Virus record (IMG/VR): IMGVR_UViG_3300032249_001164
Coordinates: 15,540-79,539 of that record
Strand: one strand, 5' to 3'
DNA length: 64,000 nucleotides
Source: a virus
Numbering within the stretch: position 1 is the first letter of the stretch; every line of letters begins with the position of its first letter. A program made the position numbers and the translations under genes. The notes beneath the pieces were generated by a model. The model was not told the origin of the DNA and did no database searches. It was given only the letters and a program-made list of their open reading frames with translations. Of the stretch, positions 55,275 through 64,000 are shown in pieces.

Positions 55275-55847
55275 TCAGTCCTCAAGCTCCGAGATACAAA
55301 CTGGCGTAGGTATAAAACAAGGGCTGACGTTCTCGGGATCGCCGTCAGAAAAAATCAGCGCATAAACGCGACCATTCCATTCGGCAAATGGTTTGCGCTC
55401 TGCTAACGGAATCGACCTTAGGTGTCGGCCAAAGCGGTCAATGTCACCAAACCAAATACCACTGTTTGCCCCTGGTACAGAAAAGTGAATTCTTTCCTTG
55501 CTTAGGCCATTCTGAATAACATAAAGTCTTGATTCCAGCTGGTTTAACCTCTTCCTCAAGGGTTGCCTTACGGCAGTAATCTGAGTAACGCAACTCTCCA
55601 GTGCCCTGACCCGTGCGTCTACTGGCTCTAGCTGCAACCCAACGTTGTCAATCTCGTTACAAATAACATTTTCAGTTGTAACCGGGTCCATATTAGCATA
55701 CTTATCTACAAGCTTAGGAAAAGCTTGAACAAGAATAGCACAACTCTCTGGATCAGCTGCGGCCATGGCATCAGCAAGCTTCGCCGCAAAGTTGCCGCCA
55801 TAGCGACGCAGATTGTCGATCAAGGGAAACCTGGGGGTGGAGGTCAT
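55275..55847 (-). CDS. Hypothetical protein
   Basis: N-terminal 'YGGNFAAKLADAM..AD..L..AFP' phage module. Confidence 0.6.
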   Translation of the reverse strand: MTSTPRFPLIDNLRRYGGNFAAKLADAMAAADPESCAILVQAFPKLVDKYANMDPVTTENVICNEIDNVGLQLEPVDARVRALESCVTQITAVRQPLRKRLNQLESRLYVIQNGLSKERIHFSVPGANSGIWFGDIDRFGRHLRSIPLAERKPFAEWNGRVYALIFSDGDPENVSPCFIPTPVCISELED

Positions 55848-56210
55848 AGCGTTGGTGGTGGGTTGACTTGGTTGTGGCTAATTGATTTTACAGGAGCAGG
55901 GGCCGCTTGTCAACAAGGACCACCCTTTGTTCGCGAAACTCGCCGTCTCTCCAACAGGAATGCCGAGAGATGTTGCTCAAACTCTTTTTCCAAGTCATCG
56001 AGATGGCTAACGAGAAACTCCGCCGGCTGTGATCCCAAGGCGAAAAAGCACGGGATATGCTGAAGACCTTCAGCCTTTTTGCGAAATTCCTGCAACTTTA
56101 CCGCTGAAATCAGAAGGTTTTCTGTAGCGCAGGAGTAGTGTAAGCCGGGCATAAAGCAATGGCAAGAAGTAATTACCGGGATAAACTGGTCTTTTCATGA
56201 ACCGCCGCAA

Positions 56211-56492
56211 TTATGGCGCTACTTTTGCCCGCCAGACATACTCGTGGGAGGAACCGCCTCTGGCTGCCGACTCCAGTAAAACAGCTTTCATCCTCAAGGC
56301 GTAGACTGCACGATTCCTCGTATCCAACCATTCAGGGTTTTCGCAGTAATTTTTTTCGCCCCTGTGCTCAAGCAAACTCCGAAGCTCACTTGCAGCTCCG
56401 AGCCAAGCGTTCGCCGCTTCGTTCCAGTGATTCGCCTGCACCCGCAAGTTACAAATGGTCTCTGAATTAGCGTGAGCTGAAGTTGCAGTCAT
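56211..56492 (-). CDS. Hypothetical protein
   Basis: 93-aa ORF. Confidence 0.5.
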   Translation of the reverse strand: MTATSAHANSETICNLRVQANHWNEAANAWLGAASELRSLLEHRGEKNYCENPEWLDTRNRAVYALRMKAVLLESAARGGSSHEYVWRAKVAP

Positions 56493-56576
56493 TGGAAGTT
56501 GTTGGGTTAAAATGGGTTAAATTAAAACAGGTTAAACGTCAATAACTAAAAATGCTTGCGTCAGCCCCAAAAGCCG

Positions 56577-56849
56577 CTAGGCACAAGGCACGCACCCTGC
56601 CTCCAGTTCGTCGGCGATGGCGAGAAACTCAAGACGTACTGCGTGATTGGCAGCACCAGCATCATTTGTGCGATGCCAGGGCTTCTGCTCCGGCACCACT
56701 TGTTTCGCAGCGGCGCGGATAGCGACGGACGCTTGATGAGCCATGCGTTGGGCCTCGTTTGGAATGTCGGCGGGGTCAAGTCCGTATTCGCTTTGGGTAA
56801 GTGCTGCCAGCACTTTCTGCGAGGCGGGGGAAAGAGGGAATTCCATCAC
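56577..56849 (-). CDS. Hypothetical protein
   Basis: 'LSPASQKVL...AIRAAAKQVVPE...LAIADELE' motif. Confidence 0.6.
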   Translation of the reverse strand: MMEFPLSPASQKVLAALTQSEYGLDPADIPNEAQRMAHQASVAIRAAAKQVVPEQKPWHRTNDAGAANHAVRLEFLAIADELEAGCVPCA

Positions 56850-56958
56850 CCTGCCTTCAGCGCCTCAACACATGCCGATAGGGCATCGGCAGCCAGGAGG
56901 ATTGCGGTGAAGCAGGAAAACAGTTTCCCTGTTGTTAGAATTTGATTCATGAAGTGTT

Positions 56959-57468
56959 TTACCAAGGGAGAGTGTTTCCAGTTTTTCGCATACCGGAGTT
57001 GGTCCATATAAGTTGCCGGACAAAAGCGAGATTCAGCATTTCCTCAAAAGAAGAAGGAATCATTTCTCCGCCGAACGGCCTGTTTTTGTTAATGCACGTA
57101 TAGTATTTGTACTTTGTCGGATCAAACCTGTTCCTAAATTTAACAAAGTAATCCTGGCATTGAATAAAAAAAGCTTCAAACGCGGTAACTTTTCCTTCTT
57201 TTGCCGCCTGAATGTAGTATTCTCTAGCGTCTAACCTGCAAAAAGTTTCAATAAAGTGAGACCCTTCTGGCTTGAGGATCCAGACAAAAACATGACCCTC
57301 TGGAACCAGTCGCAACGCATTTTTATCGCGCAAAGCGACCGATGTCCAGTTTTGCTGAATTTCGGTTTCAGCCTCTACCATCATTCTGTCATGAAACGTA
57401 AGCAAATAGTGGTCAAAGCGCTCGCGCTCAGCTGAGATTGCGCATTGGTCGCCGGTTTGCCGGGTCAT
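56959..57468 (-). CDS. Hypothetical protein
   Basis: 169-aa ORF. Confidence 0.55.
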   Translation of the reverse strand: MTRQTGDQCAISAERERFDHYLLTFHDRMMVEAETEIQQNWTSVALRDKNALRLVPEGHVFVWILKPEGSHFIETFCRLDAREYYIQAAKEGKVTAFEAFFIQCQDYFVKFRNRFDPTKYKYYTCINKNRPFGGEMIPSSFEEMLNLAFVRQLIWTNSGMRKTGNTLPW

Positions 57469-57550
57469 AGTTGCTGCTGGTGGCCTCTATATCCTAGCAG
57501 ACAGCCCAGCTTGCGGAGGCCCCGCCAGCCGCCTGCAACAAAACCGATAC

Positions 57551-58114
57551 TCACAGGTCTGGGACGGCCGGGAGCGTTAGACAGGGGTAATAGCGATAAT
57601 CACTCAGGCGCGACCAATTAGCCAGCACGCGACCCAGTGGCTCAAATGGTTCGACCATGACGTGGCCACTCTTTGAATAAGGACAAAGCCAGTCAGCTAC
57701 AAGGTTGTCAACATAGATCCTGGGATACTCATGTCTAGTCCCGATCCAAATAACGCCACTGTCGATCGGCCTAACTCTCTGGATACACCTTACAAAAGGG
57801 TAGAATGCACCCTCAAGAGCTTGCTTGTAGTTTGTGTACATGCCACCCCAAGCGAACTGAGACAAGTTTTTCGCGTTTGCACCAAAAGACTCCTCCGAAA
57901 GAAATTTTAGTTTGCAGTATTTCTGAATTTGAGACTGAGAGGAGTAACAGTCTTTCATTTTGATACCTAAATCTCTGCCTGGACACAAAGCTTTTCTACA
58001 CAAAGCGAATCGATTCTCCGTTTGATTTGAGGTAAACATCGGCCACCCGTTTTCATTTACCAACTCGTGATACTTTACGGCTCTTGTCACGACTTTACGC
58101 CTTGAAAAATGCAC
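57551..58114 (-). CDS. Hypothetical protein
   Basis: 187-aa ORF. Confidence 0.55.
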   Translation of the reverse strand: MHFSRRKVVTRAVKYHELVNENGWPMFTSNQTENRFALCRKALCPGRDLGIKMKDCYSSQSQIQKYCKLKFLSEESFGANAKNLSQFAWGGMYTNYKQALEGAFYPFVRCIQRVRPIDSGVIWIGTRHEYPRIYVDNLVADWLCPYSKSGHVMVEPFEPLGRVLANWSRLSDYRYYPCLTLPAVPDL

Positions 58115-58569
58115 TGCGCTTGATACTCTTCCATCTCCCTGATGCCATAGGTTACTACAATGGTTCTTAAAAGGTAGCTATTAAGTTGCGCAGAATAGCT
58201 CAGCGGATCAAGCGAGTCGAGCCAGTCCAGTATTTCACGGGATTTCTTCGCACATTCCACCCAGTATCTCCTCAGCGACGCAGCCTCCACTGGTTTGACG
58301 GTTTTTGAAACCATCCCAGAATACGGGCAGATAAATTCAGCAGTAGATGGAGCGCCGTAACCGCTGACAGCGTAAAATTTGAACCATTCATACCTCGCCC
58401 TGCTAGACGCTTTTTTGATTTGTATCGCAAGTTTCATCTTTATATTGTAAATTGCTTTGTACTTCCATTGATGCGTTCCAACCCAGGGCGCTTTTGGAGC
58501 TGGTTGATCAACCGGAACCAGGGCAATCCTAAAAGAAAATCTCGCCTTTCCCTTTGTAGTTCGGGCCAC
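58087..58569 (-). CDS. Hypothetical protein
   Basis: 160-aa ORF. Confidence 0.55.
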   Translation of the reverse strand: MARTTKGKARFSFRIALVPVDQPAPKAPWVGTHQWKYKAIYNIKMKLAIQIKKASSRARYEWFKFYAVSGYGAPSTAEFICPYSGMVSKTVKPVEAASLRRYWVECAKKSREILDWLDSLDPLSYSAQLNSYLLRTIVVTYGIREMEEYQAQCIFQGVKS

Positions 58570-59207
58570 TTTACGAAGTTCGCCGACAGGTAAATAGATT
58601 AGCCAATGGTACCATTGTCAGCCCTTCGCCACCACTGCCACCAGCGCGGAGGTGTCCAGCCACCCTGCTGAGCGGCCTCGACAGCTTCCTCACGTGTACA
58701 AGCGAAAAACCGCCATACCTCTCGCAAGCCATTAAAATGCGTATGACTAAAGACGTACCTTATCAATACAGTACGGTCAGCAGATTTTTTGTTCATGGAG
58801 GGGTTTGTTAGTGAAGAGGTTGATAGCCGATGGATGACATTTGTGAATCGATCTCGCTATACGCACAGTGAAGAACTCCTCGCTCAAGTAAACTATCGTC
58901 CGACTGCGACTGATGCCAACAGTGCAAAGCGTAAGCCTCTGTTTCACTTTCTGGTACAATCTTTAGGCAGCCGTTGGCGCTTATAGTAGCTTTCATTGCT
59001 AAGTGTTCCAAGCGGGAAGAAATGACACGCTGCCATCCAGCCAATACATTGCACCTGCGAGCCTGCATTGCTCAAGAGTGCGACTCGCCATCTTTCTCCA
59101 ACAACCTTCTCCGTTGTTTACCGTATAGTACCAGCACCTTCTGTTAATATCAAAATGTTTCGGCTCCGGCAGCCGCGATTCCACGCTCACTGGGGTAGGG
59201 GTCGAGG

Positions 59208-59990
59208 TCAGTTCCTCGTTACGCGCTCGCCTAAAAGCTGGGCAGCTAACGTCAGCATTCCAGCAGCTTGAGAAGAACCATTGTTGGCCGCTTGAATAGC
59301 AGCCTCGCCCAACCAGGGGACAACTTTGTTAACTTCCTCTTCAGCCAAAAGCTGAGGCGCGTAGCCACCATTAAGAGAGCGATCAGCGGCAATAGCATCA
59401 CGGGCCAGCCTCACCGCTTCATCTATATCCCCCCACAAATTAACGTTAGCCATTGACTGCAGTTGTTCGTCGGTTAACTCTTTTAGCTTGCGATCCTCAT
59501 TCTTGAACACGCCAGTAGCCTCTAAAGTATTGGCCGCGTTATTGCCGGGCTTTTTTGGTTCAGGTTGAGCTGGGGTAGCAAGCGAAGCCCACCTCTTCAA
59601 TCGCAAAACAACATCAGCCGCTGTGTGACCATCCCACAAAAAACCACGCTCCAACTCCGCCGCACCTGTCATCTTGGCCAGTTCCCACATTCTTATCAGC
59701 AAGTGATAAGTGATTTGACCACTATCCGGTAAGTCAATACCGAAGATAAACCACCTGCCATCGTTGAAGCACAGTTCTCCGTCGTGATGCCACAGGCTAA
59801 ACCAAGACCGATGCGGCAAGGCTTTTGCGAGAGCCAATGTTAGCGCGTGTCGGCTTTCATACAATTCAGCAAACGTGTGATAGCCATCGGTACCCTGGCT
59901 GCAATCTTCCGACGCGGGTAGCAGCTGGAACTCAGGAGCCCTGTTAACAGCGGGAGCGGGTGTGATGCTTGGCAGTGGATCAAGGGTCAT
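59208..59990 (-). CDS. WDGH-motif phage protein
   Basis: 'DGYHTFAELYESR...WFIFGI...GQITYHL...WDGHT..DV..RL'. Confidence 0.7.
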   Translation of the reverse strand: MTLDPLPSITPAPAVNRAPEFQLLPASEDCSQGTDGYHTFAELYESRHALTLALAKALPHRSWFSLWHHDGELCFNDGRWFIFGIDLPDSGQITYHLLIRMWELAKMTGAAELERGFLWDGHTAADVVLRLKRWASLATPAQPEPKKPGNNAANTLEATGVFKNEDRKLKELTDEQLQSMANVNLWGDIDEAVRLARDAIAADRSLNGGYAPQLLAEEEVNKVVPWLGEAAIQAANNGSSQAAGMLTLAAQLLGERVTRN

Positions 59991-60231
59991 GTCGAGTAAC
60001 TCAAGTACAATGATTAAGCCGTAAAATCAAGTTAAAGCGGAATTTGCGCTCGAAGTTCTAGTATAAGTTTTGATATAGCACTTAAAGAATCAGCACGTTT
60101 TTGGGCGGAACTTTTGATAGGTGCAAGGTCTAAAACATATCCTTTTACTGCTTCAAGTTTATCAATCACATCTGCAATATCGCTGACTTTGATGCCATCC
60201 CTTTTAGCAACAAATAGTGAAATCGCTTCAT

Positions 60232-60915
60232 TTATTTTTTCAATATACGCTCTTTCTCTTGTTTGCACTGCTCCAGGGTCCCAACAAAAGCCTGCTTACC
60301 AAAATCCATACCATCATCGAAGACGTACCTACCTTTAATCTGAGCGAAGCGAATACCAGAGTGACTTGCGATACTAAATTTCAAAGAAGAGGCTTCGCAA
60401 GCTTCCTGAAAACTTTTAACCGCGCAGGCATTGCGATTCAAACCGTAAAGGCAAAACCTGCGGCCAACGCTCGGCGCGTTCCATAAAGACTTAATATCTG
60501 GGTCGCCCGATTCAGTTCGCACTTCAGTGATTGTTACCTGAACAGGCAGTTTTTCATAGCTAAGCTCGTTATACACTGGCTTCCAGGTTTTCATATATCG
60601 TATGTACTGAAGCTCATCGTCAATGTTATCAAACAGGAGGCTTTCCTCATCGGATGCCACGCGACCCTTACCCGCAAGTTCTCCCTTTTCCAGCAAGTAC
60701 ACTTCCGGGCTTTTAACGTTTTCCGTTTCAGCTTCTTTGTAAGCAACAATTTCTTGTTGGATTGTTTTTACAAAGCAAATACTAGAGAGGTCCTGCACAA
60801 CAATAGTCTTCTCGTTTGCGGGAATCCCGTCTACTTCAAGGCGGTAAGAAAAATTGTTTGAGACAAGGTAAACACCTTCTTCAACAAGTTTGATCGCAGT
60901 GAGTTGAACTGTCAT
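60232..60915 (-). CDS. Hypothetical protein
   Basis: 227-aa ORF. Confidence 0.6.
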   Translation of the reverse strand: MTVQLTAIKLVEEGVYLVSNNFSYRLEVDGIPANEKTIVVQDLSSICFVKTIQQEIVAYKEAETENVKSPEVYLLEKGELAGKGRVASDEESLLFDNIDDELQYIRYMKTWKPVYNELSYEKLPVQVTITEVRTESGDPDIKSLWNAPSVGRRFCLYGLNRNACAVKSFQEACEASSLKFSIASHSGIRFAQIKGRYVFDDGMDFGKQAFVGTLEQCKQEKERILKK

Positions 60916-61220
60916 TGTAGGATAGCCTCGTCAGTAGATTGCTTATCGTGAAACAAAAGCTCGCCCAGAAGCTTAAGCGCCAAGCGTTCATCACCATCTT
61001 GAATTGCCGTAGCAAGACGCTGCCTGGTGGACGGAACAGTAGGCGGCACACCTTGAACCTCCGTGGCCAACCGAACTCCCTCGCGCAGACCAGTACCGTA
61101 AGCAGCGTTTATCAGCCAGAGTTCGCGAGTTACCCCAGCATCCCGAATACCCTGCGGAGCTGAATTGCGGAGCGAAGCAACTACACTTGGCGGCGCGGAA
61201 TTAGGCAAATCTTTACTCAT
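60912..61220 (-). CDS. Hypothetical protein
   Basis: Coupled ORF. Confidence 0.55.
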   Translation of the reverse strand: MSKDLPNSAPPSVVASLRNSAPQGIRDAGVTRELWLINAAYGTGLREGVRLATEVQGVPPTVPSTRQRLATAIQDGDERLALKLLGELLFHDKQSTDEAILQ

Positions 61221-61611
61221 TTTCGCTCCGGGGAATCATTGGACGGGACAGGCCACCCGCGTTAACTATGTGATAAGCCTGGCCTGATGGCGGCCTCTCC
61301 CTGGCAAGCTGAAGGCCGCGCTCGACCCCATCCAAATACGCAACCCTCGGGTCACAGGCCATCGCTCTGCTGGCCACCAGCAGCCCCCTCCACAGCCAGC
61401 GGGTCACTGCAACCAGCAGCGCCAGAGGTATGGGGGCAGCATAGGCACCGTTGGTTAACCAATCTTCCCAGGCCACTCCGTACCAAGCCGGAATAACCTC
61501 GTGGCGTTTCACGTAACGCAATAACCTGAACCGCTCAAGCTTGAGCTTCAATGCTTTGAGAAAGTGTTTCACAGCTGAAAAAAGATAGGCCCCGAGTAAA
61601 CGCGGAGCCAT
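61213..61611 (-). CDS. Hypothetical protein
   Basis: Coupled ORF. Confidence 0.5.
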   Translation of the reverse strand: MAPRLLGAYLFSAVKHFLKALKLKLERFRLLRYVKRHEVIPAWYGVAWEDWLTNGAYAAPIPLALLVAVTRWLWRGLLVASRAMACDPRVAYLDGVERGLQLARERPPSGQAYHIVNAGGLSRPMIPRSENE

Positions 61612-61648
61612 TGGATAAAAGAAAAAGCTGGCAGGGGTTGGCCGTTAA

Positions 61649-62278
61649 TCAAAGATCCAGGTCGCTTTCCTCCGCGTCTCCCCCTTCGTCAAGGCCATCA
61701 GGATCGTAATCATCAAGATCATCACCACCTTGATCCTCGGATGCGTATTCGCCTGGGGCAGCGGCAAAAATAGTGATCTTACCCGGCTCAGCCTCTACAC
61801 GAACGCGAGAATCAACCTCTTCGCCGAACGGAAAACCCGCCACGTTCGTGTATCGGCCGCCAACCACAATGTTACCAGTTTTGCCGATTTTGATAATCGG
61901 CTGACGATTGCTGCGCCGGGTGCTACGAGTAGGTGGCGCCAGATTAGTACCGTGAGAAGCCAGTAGCGCTTGCATGTAGCCAAACGTGTCGTCTCGTGTC
62001 ACGCGCACATCAACTTCACCGGTCAAGACAGTGGTGAACTCGGTGTAGTAACCGCAAGCGCGAGCGATTTGGTCGGTAGGGCTCCCGTCCAGCTCAGTAG
62101 TGATCCGCAGAAGATCACTTACATTGACAGGTACGCCCTTCTTGCTAGTAACGGCAGGCGTTTTTTTTGCGACAACTTGCAGTTCGCTGTCAAGGAGTGC
62201 GGCAGTTTCGGACATTTGATCGGTAGTGGTGGCGGGTTGTTCAACCGCTTCGACGGCGGCATTCTTTCGGCGGGGCAA
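61649..62278 (-). CDS. Cyanobacterial-type AbrB-like transcriptional regulator
   Basis: 'IARACGYYT...YMQALL..G..L...IKIGKTGNIVVGGRYT...G...V....GKITI' matches the cyAbrB pattern; acidic tail. Confidence 0.8.
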   Translation of the reverse strand: MPRRKNAAVEAVEQPATTTDQMSETAALLDSELQVVAKKTPAVTSKKGVPVNVSDLLRITTELDGSPTDQIARACGYYTEFTTVLTGEVDVRVTRDDTFGYMQALLASHGTNLAPPTRSTRRSNRQPIIKIGKTGNIVVGGRYTNVAGFPFGEEVDSRVRVEAEPGKITIFAAAPGEYASEDQGGDDLDDYDPDGLDEGGDAEESDLDL

Positions 62279-62371
62279 CGTTGAGATCCGTTGACGACCC
62301 AGAAATCATACACCACGAACAGCGAAACGCGCAAGCGCCAATAAAAACCATCGAGCGCGAGCAGGCTGCTG

Positions 62372-62863
62372 TCAACCGGCGGGAAATCGATCTAGACCGT
62401 AATGAACCAGCAAGGCGGCCTCCGCCCGCCCGTCATCCCGAACGCGCTTGAACAGACCGGCTTTCTCGGGCCATAGACGGGCTGCCATTGCGCGGCTAGC
62501 ATCCTTTCCGCTGCCCGTGAGTCGCAAGCCCCGCTTCCAAGTGATCGGAGAGATCAGGCAAACTGGCAAACGCAGACCAGCGCAAACACCGCGCACTAGG
62601 CCAGCGGCCTCTCCAAAGCTGAACATGCTCGTAACGCCTTGACCCGGCATTGCATGAACATCCTCGATATAAACCCTGGACAGATAGCCAACGTGCTCCT
62701 CAATTTCCGCTACCAGCATTTCAGGCGAGATGCGGCGTTTCTTCTTTTTACCAGACTGAATCTCAATCACTGGCATGTCAAACGCATCCAAAAGAGCAGT
62801 ACCATCAAAAATCGCAATTGCTCCTGAAACTCCAGGGTCAATACCCATGACTCTCGTCTTCAT
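62372..62863 (-). CDS. RuvC-like Holliday junction resolvase
   Basis: 'MGIDPGVSGA', 'YIEDV', 'SMFSFG', 'P..WK', 'K.ASR', 'DGRAEAAL'. Confidence 0.88.
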   Translation of the reverse strand: MKTRVMGIDPGVSGAIAIFDGTALLDAFDMPVIEIQSGKKKKRRISPEMLVAEIEEHVGYLSRVYIEDVHAMPGQGVTSMFSFGEAAGLVRGVCAGLRLPVCLISPITWKRGLRLTGSGKDASRAMAARLWPEKAGLFKRVRDDGRAEAALLVHYGLDRFPAG

Positions 62864-63575
62864 CCAAGCCAGCGCGACACATCAGCTCCGATGCTAGCTT
62901 ACGGGACTTCCCTTTGCCCAACCTCTGAAAAAGACTTTCAGCAAGCTGGGAAACTTGGAAATCAGTTGGATTTTGATAAGTTTTGATTGGCTTGAGGATT
63001 TGCTGCTTTTCCTCAAACCTTTCGCCATAGTAACAGGCTTGAACTGTTTTATACTTCCTATCCCAACCTATTTCATTCAATAAAGTCGGACTCGTATTGT
63101 AAATAAATCTCGCCCACCTGTAAGACAAGGTTTTTGTTTTTGGTGGCATCCTTTTGTCGTACCAAATAGCTTTCATTATGCGACGATACTCAAAGTATTC
63201 TTGTGGAAACTGAAATGCAGGATCCTGCGTCTTAAGCCATTCTATAAACTGGTGAGCGTACCTATTCTTTGATTTCTCTTTAAGGGAAGACTTTACAACA
63301 TTTGCAGTAAAATCTCCTAAATCTTTAATGCCAAGCCCATAGTAAACACTTTGAAGAAAATCCTTTATACCTTTTAACCTTGCCTCCTTGTTCCTTAGTG
63401 TTAGGTATTCAAGGTGAACATTAGCTTCTACGATCTTCAACATTGCCATGAAAAAAGGCTCCGAATCTTGGCCAGCCATAACGGTGCCAAGATGAAGCCT
63501 TGCTTGTTCAATCAACATCGCCCCATAGTGGGGATCATTCGTGCTGAGCATTTCGCGGGGTCTTACAGGTAGCAA
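62838..63575 (-). CDS. Hypothetical protein
   Basis: 245-aa ORF. Confidence 0.6.
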   Translation of the reverse strand: MLPVRPREMLSTNDPHYGAMLIEQARLHLGTVMAGQDSEPFFMAMLKIVEANVHLEYLTLRNKEARLKGIKDFLQSVYYGLGIKDLGDFTANVVKSSLKEKSKNRYAHQFIEWLKTQDPAFQFPQEYFEYRRIMKAIWYDKRMPPKTKTLSYRWARFIYNTSPTLLNEIGWDRKYKTVQACYYGERFEEKQQILKPIKTYQNPTDFQVSQLAESLFQRLGKGKSRKLASELMCRAGLDEDESHGY

Positions 63576-63774
63576 TCACTCTTGACGATGCCACAGCGGG
63601 TACTTGGACCCAGGAACCACATCGCCTCAACCAAGACTACCCTCTTCGTGCATCTGGCCAATTCGCTTCCAGGCGAATCGGAAATTACCGCACGGCCCGA
63701 GCAGTAATCCTGTCAGCACTGGGGAGAGAGTGACATCGGCTGCTATGAAAGCCTATGCTACCATGCCCCAACCA

Positions 63775-64000
63775 TCAAAAGGGAATATCATCCTCATCCT
63801 CGTCTAGCGGATTCTGGGCTGGTTGGGTGTTAAAAGCCGGCCTGCGACCTGCAGCACTGGAGCTGCTGCCAGGGTTGCCAGAACTACCAGAACTACCATT
63901 ATCTTCCTTCTTGGAATTGAGAAGAGTGAAGTTTTGACAGTTGAGCACTAATCGGCTCTTCTCTGCGCCGTCCTTTGTCCAAGACTCCTGCTGAAGCTCG
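63775..64000 (-). CDS. ssb: Single-stranded DNA-binding protein (3' end; starts outside the window)
   Basis: ELQQESWTKDGAEKSRLVLNCQNFTLL-(G/S linker)-DEDEDDIPF*. Confidence 0.9.
   Translation of the reverse strand, partial: ELQQESWTKDGAEKSRLVLNCQNFTLLNSKKEDNGSSGSSGNPGSSSSAAGRRPAFNTQPAQNPLDEDEDDIPF

Overview
A 64-kb piece of a large long-tailed (siphovirus-like) phage genome, almost certainly a cyanophage of Synechococcus/Cyanobium-type hosts. Evidence for the host: nblA-like, cyanobacterial AbrB-like and cyanobacterial-type thyX genes, plus a cyanophage-type tail fibre. Nearly all genes are on the minus strand. In transcription order (right to left): SSB end, RuvC-like resolvase, AbrB-like regulator; about 20 kb of small early genes; a putative small terminase and a Rep-like wHTH gene next to a repeat-rich, compositionally odd segment (37.5-39.6 kb, possible origin or genome terminus); a dNTP block (NrdR-like, intein-containing dcd, tmk, thyX); nblA; then terL, portal, scaffold, major capsid, neck, tail tube, chaperones, a 2444-aa tape measure, tail tip and tail fibre (truncated at the window edge). 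The most unusual signals are non-coding. (1) Four copies of a fixed-geometry promoter cassette with a palindromic operator exactly 17 bp upstream of the -35 box and a 5' RNA hairpin. (2) Three copies of a covarying hairpin with a near-invariant 11-nt loop in intercistronic leaders. (3) An in-phase array of about 51 heptamers next to 15 GAATG repeats. Three otherwise intact genes (nblA, tmk, one hypothetical) each carry a single transition-type in-frame stop, and the tail-chaperone extension lies in the +1/-2 frame rather than -1. All functional calls come from motif recognition by eye; no database search was run.
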